Of a DNA stretch of 64,000 nt, positions 1 through 9,512 are shown one piece after another. Location: positions 32,001 through 96,000 of the forward strand of contig CAWCLO010000005.1 of assembly GCA_963796455.1 (NCBI GenBank). Reading direction: 5' to 3'. The stretch's first letter is position 1. Every line of letters starts with the position of its first letter. The notes beneath the pieces are model-generated. The model had not been told where the DNA came from, did no database searches, and was given only the letters and a program-made list of their open reading frames with translations. The position numbers were made by a program, and so were the translations under genes. Origin of the DNA: Candidatus Sulfomarinibacteraceae bacterium. Its GTDB lineage: Bacteria; Acidobacteriota; Thermoanaerobaculia; Thermoanaerobaculales; Sulfomarinibacteraceae.

Positions 1-1320
1 GGACGGATGGATCTCTATCTCGAGCGCATCGATCTCAAAAAGATGTTGGATGAAGCGGCGGCCACCGTCCAACCGCTGATCAGCAAGAACAAGAACCGAT
101 TGCAGACGGATTTCGCCGATGATCTGGGAACGGTGCGTGCCGATTTGACCAAGCTCCGCCAATCGCTCTTCAATCTCCTGTCGAACGCGGCCAAATTCAC
201 CGATGGCGGCACGATCACCCTTTCAGCAGCAAGACAAATGAGGGGTGAGGTCGAGTGGCTTCTGCTCGGCGTCACGGACACCGGGATCGGTATTCCCCAA
301 GACAAGCTCGACACGGTATTCGAGGAGTTCTCCCAGGCCGACGACTCCACGACCCGTGACTATGGCGGGACCGGTCTCGGTCTGCCGATCAGCAGGCGTT
401 TCTGCCAGATGATGGGAGGCGATATCACGGTCGCGAGCGAGACCGGCCGGGGAACGACATTCACCATCGAGCTTCCGGCCCAGGTCGATGCCCTCGAGGT
501 TGCTCGAGCCGTATCCGAGATCGAAGAAGAGGCTGTACCGACCGGCCCGAGCGCCGGTGGAGATACGGTCCTGATTGTTGACGACGATCCGAACTCCCGG
601 GACCTGTTGCAGCGGACCCTTCAGTCTGAAGGGTACACGGTTGCTACCGCATCAACGGGTGAGGAAGGTATCGAGCTGGCGCGGAGGCTGAAGCCTTCGC
701 TGATGACTCTCGATGTTTTGATGCCCAGCATGGACGGCTGGTCGGTCCTGCAGGCGGTGAAGGCCGATCCCGAACTCGAGCACATTCCGGTGATGATGAT
801 TTCGATCGCCGGCGACAAAGAAATGGGATACACCCTCGGGGCTGTCGAATGTCTCACCAAACCCGTTGATCGGGACAGGCTGAGGCAGCTTGCCGCGCAG
901 TACGCCCGGCCGAGCGGTGGTGGGCACGCGTTGATCGTTGACGATGACGAGGGGATTCGCTCGCTTTTTCGACGCGCCCTGACGGATGATGGCTGGACGG
1001 TGGACGAGGCTGAAGATGGTGCCGTGGCCCTCGACAGGGTGAACGCTCGCCGGCCTCAATTGATCCTCCTCGATTTGATGATGCCGGTGATGGACGGCTT
1101 CGAGTTCGTGATGCACTATCGCAAGCTGGATGGATGTCTGGCGACCCCGATCATCGTCGTGACGTCCAAGGACCTCTCCGCGGGCGAGCGCGAACAGCTT
1201 CTCGGAGGCGTGGAGCGGATCGTTGAGAAAGGTGCACTCACGAAGAACCAACTTCTGGATCAGGTTCGGGAGCTGGTTTCTGAGCGGTCGAGGCCTTCCG
1301 GGAGCCCGGAAAGCGTATGA
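1..1320 (+). CDS. Hybrid sensor histidine kinase, 5'-partial (HATPase plus two receiver domains)
   Basis: N-box NLLSNAAKFT, G1 DTGIGI, G2 GGTGLGL, then two REC domains (LIVDDD...DVLMPSMDG; LIVDDD...DLMMPVMDG). The frame is open to the window edge and the HisKA H-box is absent, so the start lies upstream. Confidence 0.95.
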   Translation, partial: GRMDLYLERIDLKKMLDEAAATVQPLISKNKNRLQTDFADDLGTVRADLTKLRQSLFNLLSNAAKFTDGGTITLSAARQMRGEVEWLLLGVTDTGIGIPQDKLDTVFEEFSQADDSTTRDYGGTGLGLPISRRFCQMMGGDITVASETGRGTTFTIELPAQVDALEVARAVSEIEEEAVPTGPSAGGDTVLIVDDDPNSRDLLQRTLQSEGYTVATASTGEEGIELARRLKPSLMTLDVLMPSMDGWSVLQAVKADPELEHIPVMMISIAGDKEMGYTLGAVECLTKPVDRDRLRQLAAQYARPSGGGHALIVDDDEGIRSLFRRALTDDGWTVDEAEDGAVALDRVNARRPQLILLDLMMPVMDGFEFVMHYRKLDGCLATPIIVVTSKDLSAGEREQLLGGVERIVEKGALTKNQLLDQVRELVSERSRPSGSPESV

Positions 1321-1343
1321 TTACGAAGAGTGAGGTGAACTGA

Positions 1344-1703
1344 ATGGCGAGGATTCTGCTCGTAGAGGACAACGAAATGAACCGCGACATGCTGTCGCGT
1401 CGATTGAAGAAACGGGGACACGATGTCTCGATAGCGGTCGATGGACGCGAGGGCGTCGATATGGCAACGGCCGATCATCCCGAAATCATCCTTCTCGATA
1501 TGAGTCTGCCGGTGATGGATGGGTGGGAGGCGTCTCGGTTGCTCAAAGCGGATGCCGGAACAAAGGGCATCCCAATCATCGCCCTCACAGCCCATGCGAT
1601 GTCGGGCGATCGTGAGAAATGTCTCGAGGCTGGTGCTGACGACTACGACACCAAACCCGTGGATTTCAAACGGCTGCTGGGTAAGATCGAAGCGCTGCTC
1701 TAG
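1344..1703 (+). CDS. Single-domain response regulator (CheY/DivK-like)
   Basis: ILLVEDN, LLDMSLPVMDG, ALTAHA and KP motifs; SD GAGGTG upstream. Confidence 0.95.
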   Translation: MARILLVEDNEMNRDMLSRRLKKRGHDVSIAVDGREGVDMATADHPEIILLDMSLPVMDGWEASRLLKADAGTKGIPIIALTAHAMSGDREKCLEAGADDYDTKPVDFKRLLGKIEALL

Positions 1704-1719
1704 GCCGGTCGCGAACCGA

Positions 1720-2692
1720 ACACACCACAGAGACACAGAGATCGAGCAGAGGGCGGCAGCGTCAGAGGAATGCCCGCTGATCACGCAGATGGCGCAGATC
1801 CATCGCTATCGCTATCGCTATCGCTATCGACGGGAGACGGGACCGGATATCCCACAGATTACCCAGATCACCCAGATAGCGGACGTCGCAACCACCAAGA
1901 CACAAAGACACGAAGGAGTCACACCAAGAAAACCACAGAGGCACGGAGACACAGAGAGATCACAGAGGAGAAGTGCAGCCGAGACGGCTGCACCACCATG
2001 GTGGTGCACGCGTCTCGCGTGCACATTGATGAACCGCAAAGAACGCAAAGAGCTGAATGGCGAGCTTGTGAGGTGTTGCCATCAGTGTCGGCAGATCGAC
2101 AGACGATCTCCAATCGCCTGTCACCGGTGAGAAGCGGGGTGACCCCGATCGCCGGCGCTCGGAGTCACCCCGCTCCCCACCGGCCGGCACGCCTCCGGCA
2201 TGCCGGATCTGCCTTGCATCGGAGACCCCCCTTTCTTGATTGAAGGACAGGGAAGGGAGGAGGCGATGCCTGCGCGGTCGCGCAGGCAGCTGGGTCAGGA
2301 AACCGCGACGAAAGCTGGTTTTCGGGGCGGTTTCCTGACCCAGCTGTACCTGGCCGCCCTTGGCGGCCAGAATCTCGCCGGGCGGAGGATTCTTCCGGGA
2401 CGTCCTCTGCGTCTCTGCGCCTTTGCGTCTTTGCGTTAAGAACCCGAGAGGCGGACGTGGATTGTTTGCGGCGGTGGCTGATGTCTCTGCAATTGATCCG
2501 TCATCTGCGTCTATCCGCGTGATCTGCGGGCAAATCGTGCGGCCGTGCGATGGCTTCTGTGTTTTTCTGTGTGTTCTGTGGGCCTTCGCGCTGTTTTATT
2601 CTGTCTTCTTTGTGATGCCTTCGTGTCTTTGTGCCTTCGTGTTTGCGACGTGATGGCCCGGCCGTTCAGGTTCGGCTCTGTGCCTCTGTGGT
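1720..2692. repeat. Composite palindromic repeat, family R copy 1
   Basis: Nested 9-mer arms. 34-bp inverted repeat 1883-1916 / 2618-2651 (31/34 match). Core ~1973-2412 is shared with the copies at ~17965 and ~24037. Confidence 0.9.
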
Positions 2693-2721
2693 CTACCCGC
2701 TGACTGGTCGAAAAGGGTGGC

Positions 2722-3537
2722 TCAATGACCGCCGGAGAACTGCAACTTCCAGGTGGCGACATTTTCGCGGACATAATCCGCGCAACGGACGGAATCTCTG
2801 AATGCGCGTTCCTGGCCGGCGCGGAGCTGGCTGACCGAGATCGCATCGACACAGATCAGTTCGCCGGAGACGTCATAAAAACTCAGATCGAAATTGGCGA
2901 CCTGGTAGGCGCTTCCTGAACGGTTGACCACCACTCCCATCACATCAACCCATGTGCCATCGGCGCGTGAGTGTTTGACCTGACCTTTGAGCTCGAATTC
3001 GGGAGGGGTGCCCACCGGTTCGTTTGCTTGCGCGAGAACGGCTGTTGTCGCGACGGCCTCGGATGCCGCTGATTCAATGCTCTCCACGGGGACATCGGGT
3101 TCTTCGGCCGCCAAATCGGGCGCTGATTCGATGGCTTCGGCGACCGCCGCGGCCTTGGCTTCCTCGGCCTTCTGACAGTCATCCTCACTGCTGATCGCGA
3201 GGGCGGCATAGCCCTTTTTGATGACCTGCGCGTAGGCCGAAATTCCGTTGCCCGACCACTGGAGCTTTTTTTCGTCGCCCGCGCCGCGGACATTCGTATA
3301 GCCCGCCATCAGATCATCGATCTCGTCGAGGATGTCTTTGCCGTCGGTTTTCAAGAGCAGCAGCAGACCACCGTGGCGGCCGATCTCCGCACTTTCGAGG
3401 GAAAGCGGTGAATCGACCGGGAGTATTACCGAGGTGTCAACGGAGCCTTTACAGAGTGTGGCACCGAGAAACTCCGCTGCTACGCTTGGGATTGCCGCAA
3501 AGAGAACGATCATGATCGTGATGAAAAACGGACGCAT
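2722..3537 (-). CDS. Exported hypothetical protein with C-terminal FxLYD-like domain
   Basis: Signal peptide MRPFFITIMIVLFAAIPSVAA; Ala/Glu-rich linker; C-terminal G.VVN.S...FDLSFYD.SG. Confidence 0.65.
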   Translation of the reverse strand: MRPFFITIMIVLFAAIPSVAAEFLGATLCKGSVDTSVILPVDSPLSLESAEIGRHGGLLLLLKTDGKDILDEIDDLMAGYTNVRGAGDEKKLQWSGNGISAYAQVIKKGYAALAISSEDDCQKAEEAKAAAVAEAIESAPDLAAEEPDVPVESIESAASEAVATTAVLAQANEPVGTPPEFELKGQVKHSRADGTWVDVMGVVVNRSGSAYQVANFDLSFYDVSGELICVDAISVSQLRAGQERAFRDSVRCADYVRENVATWKLQFSGGH

Positions 3538-3658
3538 GGTGGCTCCTCCGACGGGTACGCGATGATTGTAGCCGGAACCCAGTCAGATTTTCCGAGCGAC
3601 CGGACTTGTCGTCTCGAATTTTGGGGCTTCCCTGTTCTTGAGGTAGGATTCGTGCACC

Positions 3659-4408
3659 ATGACGGCCAAACCAAGCTTGTTCCAGTTGTATCGAAAGCAG
3701 CCGTACCGCAATATCTTCTTTGCACTCCTGGTGCTCATCCTGATTGATGCCCTGGCGCCGAACGAATATGCGCGCGGTCGTTTTGCGGACCTCATGGTCG
3801 CGGGGGTGTTGCTGGCGGCGCTGGTCGAAACCGTCTGGTCCAGACACAATGCCGTGTGGGCCTTGGTTTGGGGTGTGCCGGCCATCCTGGCTCGAGTCAT
3901 CGCTGCCTTCCGGCCGGACACGACGGCGCAGAACACGACGGTTCTGGTTCTCACTGTGGTGTATTTCCTTTTCTTGATCTGGAATCTACTTCACGATCTC
4001 AACCAGGGCGGCCGTTCGACCAGCGAACGGGTTTTTGGAGCCCTGTGCGCATATGTTTTTGTCGGTATTCTTTTTGCGTTGATCTATGCCCACCTGGAGT
4101 ATCGAGAGCCCGGCTCGTTCACGATCTCCAACCAACGGCTCGCCGACGAGGCAGCGGGTGAGTCGTCGCAGATCCCTCTTTTCAACTATTTCAGTTTCGT
4201 GACGATCACCACTCTCGGTTATGGGGATATCACGCCGGTTTCTGAGCACGCACGGACACTGGCTTGGTTAGAGGCTCTTTTCGGCCAGCTCTATCTTGCG
4301 GTGATGGTGGCGGCATTCGTGGCTCTTCACGTGTCCGAGGGATCGCGGCGGAAAGATCCGGCTGACCCGGACAGAGGACCTCCTTTGAACCGAGAACCCG
4401 GTCAATAA
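3659..4408 (+). CDS. Potassium channel family protein
   Basis: Pore signature YFSFVTITTLGYGDITP and several TM helices. Confidence 0.9.
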   Translation: MTAKPSLFQLYRKQPYRNIFFALLVLILIDALAPNEYARGRFADLMVAGVLLAALVETVWSRHNAVWALVWGVPAILARVIAAFRPDTTAQNTTVLVLTVVYFLFLIWNLLHDLNQGGRSTSERVFGALCAYVFVGILFALIYAHLEYREPGSFTISNQRLADEAAGESSQIPLFNYFSFVTITTLGYGDITPVSEHARTLAWLEALFGQLYLAVMVAAFVALHVSEGSRRKDPADPDRGPPLNREPGQ

Positions 4409-4422
4409 GAGGGCACGACCAC

Positions 4423-6189
4423 ATGCAGTTGGCATCAATCGACTGGATCGTTATCGCCGTGTGCCTGGGATCGGCATTTGCCCCGGCGCTTTTTCTCGCT
4501 CGCCGGGCCGGCAGCGGCACGGCCGAGTTTTTTGCATCGGGAAGATCGGCACCATGGTGGCTGATCGGCACCTCGATGGTGGCCACGACCTTTTCAACCG
4601 ACACTCCGAATCTGGTCACCGATTTTGTCCGTACCGGGGGCGTTTCGCAGAACTGGGCGTGGTGGGCCTTCCTCCTGACCGGGATGATGACGGTCTTTTT
4701 CTACGCCCGAATGTGGCGGCGGTCGGGTGTGCTCACCGATCTCGAGTTCTACGAACTCCGCTACTCCGGTCGCTCGGCGGCCTTTGTTCGTGGCTTCCGG
4801 GCGGTCTATCTCGGTCTCTTCTTCAACTGCGCCATCATGGCTGCTGTGACCCTGGCCGCGGTCAAGGTTGCGAACGTGATGCTCGGGTGGAGCCGGCTTC
4901 AGACCGTGATCATCTGCGGCGTGATCTGTGTGGTTTTTTCAGCCATCGCCGGGCTCTGGGGGGTGATGGCGTCGGATCTCGTCCAGTTCGTCATCGCCAT
5001 GGTTGGTGTGTTGGCTGCTGCATATGTGGCCCTGTCCCAACCCGAGGTCGGCGGGTTGTCCGGGATGGTGGCGAAGATCGATCCCGAAACCCTGCGGCTG
5101 TTGCCCGATTTTTCGAACTGGAGCCTGACCTTCTCCGTTCTGATCATCCCACTCACGATCCAGTGGTGGTCGGTGTGGTATCCCGGGTCGGAACCCGGAG
5201 GCGGGTCCTATATCGCGCAACGTATGCTGGCAGCAAAGGACGAGAAGAACGCGATGGCCGCGACCCTGTGGTTCAATATCGCCCACTATGCCCTGCGGCC
5301 GTGGCCGTGGATCATCGTCGCCCTGTGTTCGATGCTTGTCTTCCCGACCCTCGGTGATATCAAGACCGCACTGCCCCATGTTTCCGACGAGTTGATCGGT
5401 AACGATCTCGCGTATCCGGCCATGTTGACCCTGCTGCCGGCGGGTCTGCTGGGTTTGCTGGTGGCCTCACTGCTTTCGGCCTACGTCTCGACCATGTCCA
5501 CGCACCTGAATTGGGGCTGCTCCTATCTGGTGCATGATCTTTATCGCCGCTTTCTCAACCCCGAGGCATCGGAGAGGCACCTCGTATGGCTGTCGCGGGT
5601 GATCACCGTCTTCCTGATGGTGCTCTCCGGCGCGACCGTCTTTCTGCTCTCAACGGCCGGGGAGGCTTTCCACCTCCTGTTGTCCATCGGCGCCGGCACC
5701 GGGTTGATCTATCTCCTGCGGTGGTTTTGGTGGCGCATCAACGCATGGTCTGAAATCGCCGCCATGGCTGCGTCTTTCACCATCGCGCTGTCCCTCTTTT
5801 TTGCCCGGAAGGCGGGGCTCGAATTGTCATCTCACGCGGCCCTCGTGTGGTCGGTGGCGCTGACAACCGTGGTGTGGGTCGTGGTGACCTTCGCGACCAA
5901 ACCCACGGAAACCGAGACCCTGCGGCGATTCTACCGGAGAGTCCGCCCCGCCGGACGTGGTTGGGCAAAGGTCGTGGAACCCGAGGACCAGATCGGGCCG
6001 CGGGACAGTCTTTCTCTGGCTCTCGCCGGCTGGGTGCTCGGCTGCACTTTTGTCTACGCAAGCCTTTTCGGAACCGGGGCACTGCTTTACGGGCAGATGG
6101 CGCAGGGCATCGTCTGTTGGGTGGTCGCGGTCGCTTCGGGTCTCGGCTTGGCGTGGGTGGTCCCGAAAGTGTGGCAGGACGGCAGCTGA
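4423..6189 (+). CDS. Sodium:solute symporter (SSS) family protein
   Basis: FFASGRSAPWW, SMVATTFSTDT and QRMLAAKDE motifs; many TM segments. Confidence 0.92.
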   Translation: MQLASIDWIVIAVCLGSAFAPALFLARRAGSGTAEFFASGRSAPWWLIGTSMVATTFSTDTPNLVTDFVRTGGVSQNWAWWAFLLTGMMTVFFYARMWRRSGVLTDLEFYELRYSGRSAAFVRGFRAVYLGLFFNCAIMAAVTLAAVKVANVMLGWSRLQTVIICGVICVVFSAIAGLWGVMASDLVQFVIAMVGVLAAAYVALSQPEVGGLSGMVAKIDPETLRLLPDFSNWSLTFSVLIIPLTIQWWSVWYPGSEPGGGSYIAQRMLAAKDEKNAMAATLWFNIAHYALRPWPWIIVALCSMLVFPTLGDIKTALPHVSDELIGNDLAYPAMLTLLPAGLLGLLVASLLSAYVSTMSTHLNWGCSYLVHDLYRRFLNPEASERHLVWLSRVITVFLMVLSGATVFLLSTAGEAFHLLLSIGAGTGLIYLLRWFWWRINAWSEIAAMAASFTIALSLFFARKAGLELSSHAALVWSVALTTVVWVVVTFATKPTETETLRRFYRRVRPAGRGWAKVVEPEDQIGPRDSLSLALAGWVLGCTFVYASLFGTGALLYGQMAQGIVCWVVAVASGLGLAWVVPKVWQDGS

Positions 6190-6352
6190 GAAAAGATCGA
6201 CGAGGGCACGGATCGTGGTCTCTGAGCCTTGACTCGATATATGATGAAGTGGTGAGTCTTCGCGTCGAATTGAGTGGGAACCGCGATCCGAGCCTGGTCT
6301 TTGATCACAAAAGACCGGGTGATTCGTGGTCGGACATCGAAAGGACCGCTTG

Positions 6353-7210
6353 ATGCAGCTGAAAAACCCTGATGCTGATGTCTTCGTGCCCGACGGCTCG
6401 TCAGTGGCGGAGGCTCTCACGAAAACGACGCACATGGCTGTGGGTGCGCACCAGGACGATATCGAATTCATGGCACTCCACGGGATCCTCGAGTGTTTCA
6501 ACCGGACCGATCGCTGGTTTACCGGTATCACGGTGACGGATGGGTCCGATGGTGTCAAAAGCGGCACCTACGCGCAGTACTCGGACGACGAGATGCGAAA
6601 GATCCGGATCGGTGAGCAGCGGAAGGCGGCCCTGGTCGGCAACTACGCCTGCCAGATCCAGCTTGGATTCCCGAGTGCGGTTGTCAGGGACCCGTCGAAG
6701 GACGAAGTGGTGGTCTATCTCAAAGCGATCTTCGAGGGCGCGAGACCGGATATCGTCTATCTCCACAATCCCGCCGACCGACACGACACCCATGTGGCCT
6801 GTTGCCTTCGTGCGATCAAAGCTCTGCGCCAGGTGCCCGAGAGCATTCGCCCGCAAAAGGTCTATGGCTGCGAAGTGTGGCAGGGTCTCGATTGGATGCT
6901 CGACGAGGACAAGGAAATTCTACCGGTCGACGGCCACGACAGCGTTGCCGACGCTCTGGCCGGGGTTTTTGACTCTCAAATATCGGGTGGCAAGCGCTAT
7001 GACCTGGCGGTTCGTGGACGCCGTCATTCCAATGCGACCTTTCTCGCATCGAGAGAACCCGATACCCATCGATCGCTGACCCTCGCGGTGGATCTGACGC
7101 CGCTGATCGCAGACCCCACACTCAACGTCGGTGATCACATGCTGGCCAAGCTCCGCCGGACGAAGGACGACATCACCGACCGCATTATTCGGATGAGCGG
7201 TCCGCTCTGA
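6353..7210 (+). CDS. PIG-L/LmbE family deacetylase
   Basis: AHQDDIE and H.DTH metal-binding motifs; SD AAGGA before the start. Confidence 0.88.
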   Translation: MQLKNPDADVFVPDGSSVAEALTKTTHMAVGAHQDDIEFMALHGILECFNRTDRWFTGITVTDGSDGVKSGTYAQYSDDEMRKIRIGEQRKAALVGNYACQIQLGFPSAVVRDPSKDEVVVYLKAIFEGARPDIVYLHNPADRHDTHVACCLRAIKALRQVPESIRPQKVYGCEVWQGLDWMLDEDKEILPVDGHDSVADALAGVFDSQISGGKRYDLAVRGRRHSNATFLASREPDTHRSLTLAVDLTPLIADPTLNVGDHMLAKLRRTKDDITDRIIRMSGPL

Positions 7211-7231
7211 GACCGGCATAGGGGACAGATT

Positions 7232-8665
7232 CTACTGCCTGGAGAGCCAGCGCTGGAAGAATGCGCTGGCGATGGCGTAGCGGTTTTCGCCATCCGCCCG
7301 AATGAGACCGAGATTGGTCAGGGTTGCTGCAGATTCGGCGATCACCTGGTCGGACTCGCCGAGTCGTTTCTGAATCGCGGCCAGCTTCGCATCGGGTTTC
7401 TCGGCCAGAAAGCGAAGCAATTCTCGATCCGTTGCGCCCAGCAGTTCGAAATCCACCGCAAAGAAAAATCCGACGGCACGATCGGCCGCCAGCCCTTCGA
7501 TCGCCGGCTCCAACTCTCCGTGATCAAGATACCGGCGACACAGAAGTTGAATCACGTAGGGGTGGTTGCCGCACACCCGACGGATCGTTTCGATCCGGTC
7601 GTCCGAAAATGTCGGTCGGGCATTCTCCGCCAACTGGTTTTGTCGGATGACCGCCTCGGCCTCGTCGTCGCTCATGGGACCGATATACAGCGGCGGCGTG
7701 AATCCATCGAGAAACGGCGAGGTGTCTTCGCCCGGCGTGGCGAGCTCCCAGAGACGGCCGCTGGCCGCCAATACCGATCGGATTCCTTCGCGCGACTGGA
7801 GGGCGCGGCGGAGTTTGCGGAGGAGGGAAGGGTCTTTCTGATTCAGATTCAGGAGCTCTTCGACCTCGTCACACAAGAGCAGCAGACGAAGTTTGCGTGA
7901 CAGGAGTTGTCGTCGAAGTCGACCCAGCGACTCGAAACAATCATCGGCACGGACATCATCAAGCCGAACACCGGCATCCGAGAGGCGTTCCTCGGCGTCG
8001 AGCAGCGCCTCGGTAAAATCGAGATGGAGGTCCTCGGGGGTATCGGCACCCTGGAGGTCCCAGAATACCGGGACAAACCCCAGGTCCGGCGTCGTCGAAG
8101 CGATGAACTCCAGTTGTTTGAGAACCGAGGTCTTGCCGATGCGCCTCGTGCCGAGGAGCCAGATCCAGTTCCGATTGCCGCGCAGGACCTCTTCGATCAA
8201 GGCGGAGCGCCCATAGAAGTTTTCACCGCGCACCCATTGGCCGACGACGAATGGAATGCTCGGGCCCGTGGTCCGGTGAGGCTCCGGTGGAGGGATTGAC
8301 GTCGTCTGCTTTGTGCCGGGGCTTGCGCTGACCTCGGCGATTAAACGATAGCCGCGTTTCGAGATCGTCTCGATAAAGCGAGGCTGCCGGACATCGTCGC
8401 CAAAAGCCCGTCGCAGACCGGCGATCGACCGGGTGATGACCGATTCCGTGATGAAGACTTCGGGCCAGACCGCGTCGGTGATTTCTATTTTCGAAACCAC
8501 TGAGCCCGCGTGCTCGGACAGAAAGACCAACACATCCATCAATTTCGGCTCGAGTTGCACGATCGTGTCGTCGAGGGTGAGCCGGTTGAGGCTGGGTTCG
8601 ACGAGCCAGTCCCCGATTCTGAAATCGACGGCGCCAGCCTGGTTGTTTCTGTTCGAGCTATCCAT
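7232..8665 (-). CDS. CadC/ToxR-type winged-helix DNA-binding domain fused to a STAND-like AAA ATPase
   Basis: N-terminal LEPKLMDVL...LRRAFGDD...IETISKRGYRL; Walker A GTRRIGKTS; Walker B LLLCDEVE. Confidence 0.88.
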   Translation of the reverse strand: MDSSNRNNQAGAVDFRIGDWLVEPSLNRLTLDDTIVQLEPKLMDVLVFLSEHAGSVVSKIEITDAVWPEVFITESVITRSIAGLRRAFGDDVRQPRFIETISKRGYRLIAEVSASPGTKQTTSIPPPEPHRTTGPSIPFVVGQWVRGENFYGRSALIEEVLRGNRNWIWLLGTRRIGKTSVLKQLEFIASTTPDLGFVPVFWDLQGADTPEDLHLDFTEALLDAEERLSDAGVRLDDVRADDCFESLGRLRRQLLSRKLRLLLLCDEVEELLNLNQKDPSLLRKLRRALQSREGIRSVLAASGRLWELATPGEDTSPFLDGFTPPLYIGPMSDDEAEAVIRQNQLAENARPTFSDDRIETIRRVCGNHPYVIQLLCRRYLDHGELEPAIEGLAADRAVGFFFAVDFELLGATDRELLRFLAEKPDAKLAAIQKRLGESDQVIAESAATLTNLGLIRADGENRYAIASAFFQRWLSRQ

Positions 8666-9356
8666 CGAAAGGCATTCTATCGCGCGACGGTCGGAGCGAG
8701 GTCATATCGATCTCTTCGAAGAAGTTGTACCAGGGGCTCCCTTCCTGTTCCCACCGTTTGTCGATTTCGACCGCTGAAGCCACCATCACGAGATTCTCCG
8801 CCATGCTCATCATGAAGAGGCTCCGCACCTTCTGGTTGATTCGAGGGTCGAAGCCGTTGAGGGTGTCGATCTCGTTGACGAGCAGAGTCAGTCGAGCACG
8901 TTTCGGGCTGCGTGCGGCGAGCGCTTGAATGACGCGGCGAAAGTCCCGGGCGAGATCGCGGTGGTCGTAGTCCTTGCCGGGCCGTCGTGTGTCGGCCGGG
9001 GGTTCGGAACTGGGGATCGGCCCGAGTTGCGCCAGGACGGCGCGGCCGACCGTGGCGAAGAGCTGTTCCTCGGGCACGTCGTGAAGATCGATGTAAACGG
9101 GGTAGTAGTTGTGGACAGTGTCGTCATATGTTTTGAGGCGGTCTCTGAGATCGAGCAGCAGCGCGCATTTTCCAGTCCGTTTTTCGCCCCGGAGCAGCAG
9201 GCTGTTGTTGCTGATCGTACTGAGTATTCGGCTGAGCAAGCGCTCTCGGGTCGCGCCGTCGAGATGATCGTCTGTTCGACCGTCCACCGGGCCATCGCGG
9301 AGCCTGTGGTCCTGTTTGCACCAAAGATGGCGCCAGATCGAACGAAGAGACTGCAT
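8658..9356 (-). CDS. Short STAND-like ATPase paralog with degenerate Walker motifs
   Basis: Paralog of the C-terminal domain of 14384-16840 (shared NNSLLL.GE, DPRINQ..RSLFM, EGSPWYNFFEEI). Walker A GEKRTGKC, Walker B LLVNEID. Overlaps the next gene by 8 nt. Confidence 0.75.
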   Translation of the reverse strand: MQSLRSIWRHLWCKQDHRLRDGPVDGRTDDHLDGATRERLLSRILSTISNNSLLLRGEKRTGKCALLLDLRDRLKTYDDTVHNYYPVYIDLHDVPEEQLFATVGRAVLAQLGPIPSSEPPADTRRPGKDYDHRDLARDFRRVIQALAARSPKRARLTLLVNEIDTLNGFDPRINQKVRSLFMMSMAENLVMVASAVEIDKRWEQEGSPWYNFFEEIDMTSLRPSRDRMPFDG

Positions 9357-9512
9357 CAGTAGTTCCTTTGAGGGGTCGTGGCGACCTCCCACTCCAAGCT
9401 ATGCCGATGCTGGATTGAGTACTTGAGGTTGATATGAGGCTCCGGTGAGGGTTTTCCTCGTGCTAAAGTCGCCGATGACCTCCCCGCCCGAAATGGGGGA
9501 TCGGAATTGGCA

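Noticed and set aside
2266..2439. SD plus ATG ORF (MPARSRRQLGQET...) within the family R core
   Set aside because: The ATG is absent in copies 2 and 3, and substitutions track base pairing rather than codons.
1519..2852. Many ORFs over the repeat regions (also 17.7-18.7, 23.6-24.7 and 30.7-32.4 kb)
   Set aside because: Low-complexity translations of tandem and palindromic repeats (TQRH, SLCL, DSDS) with frames not conserved between copies.
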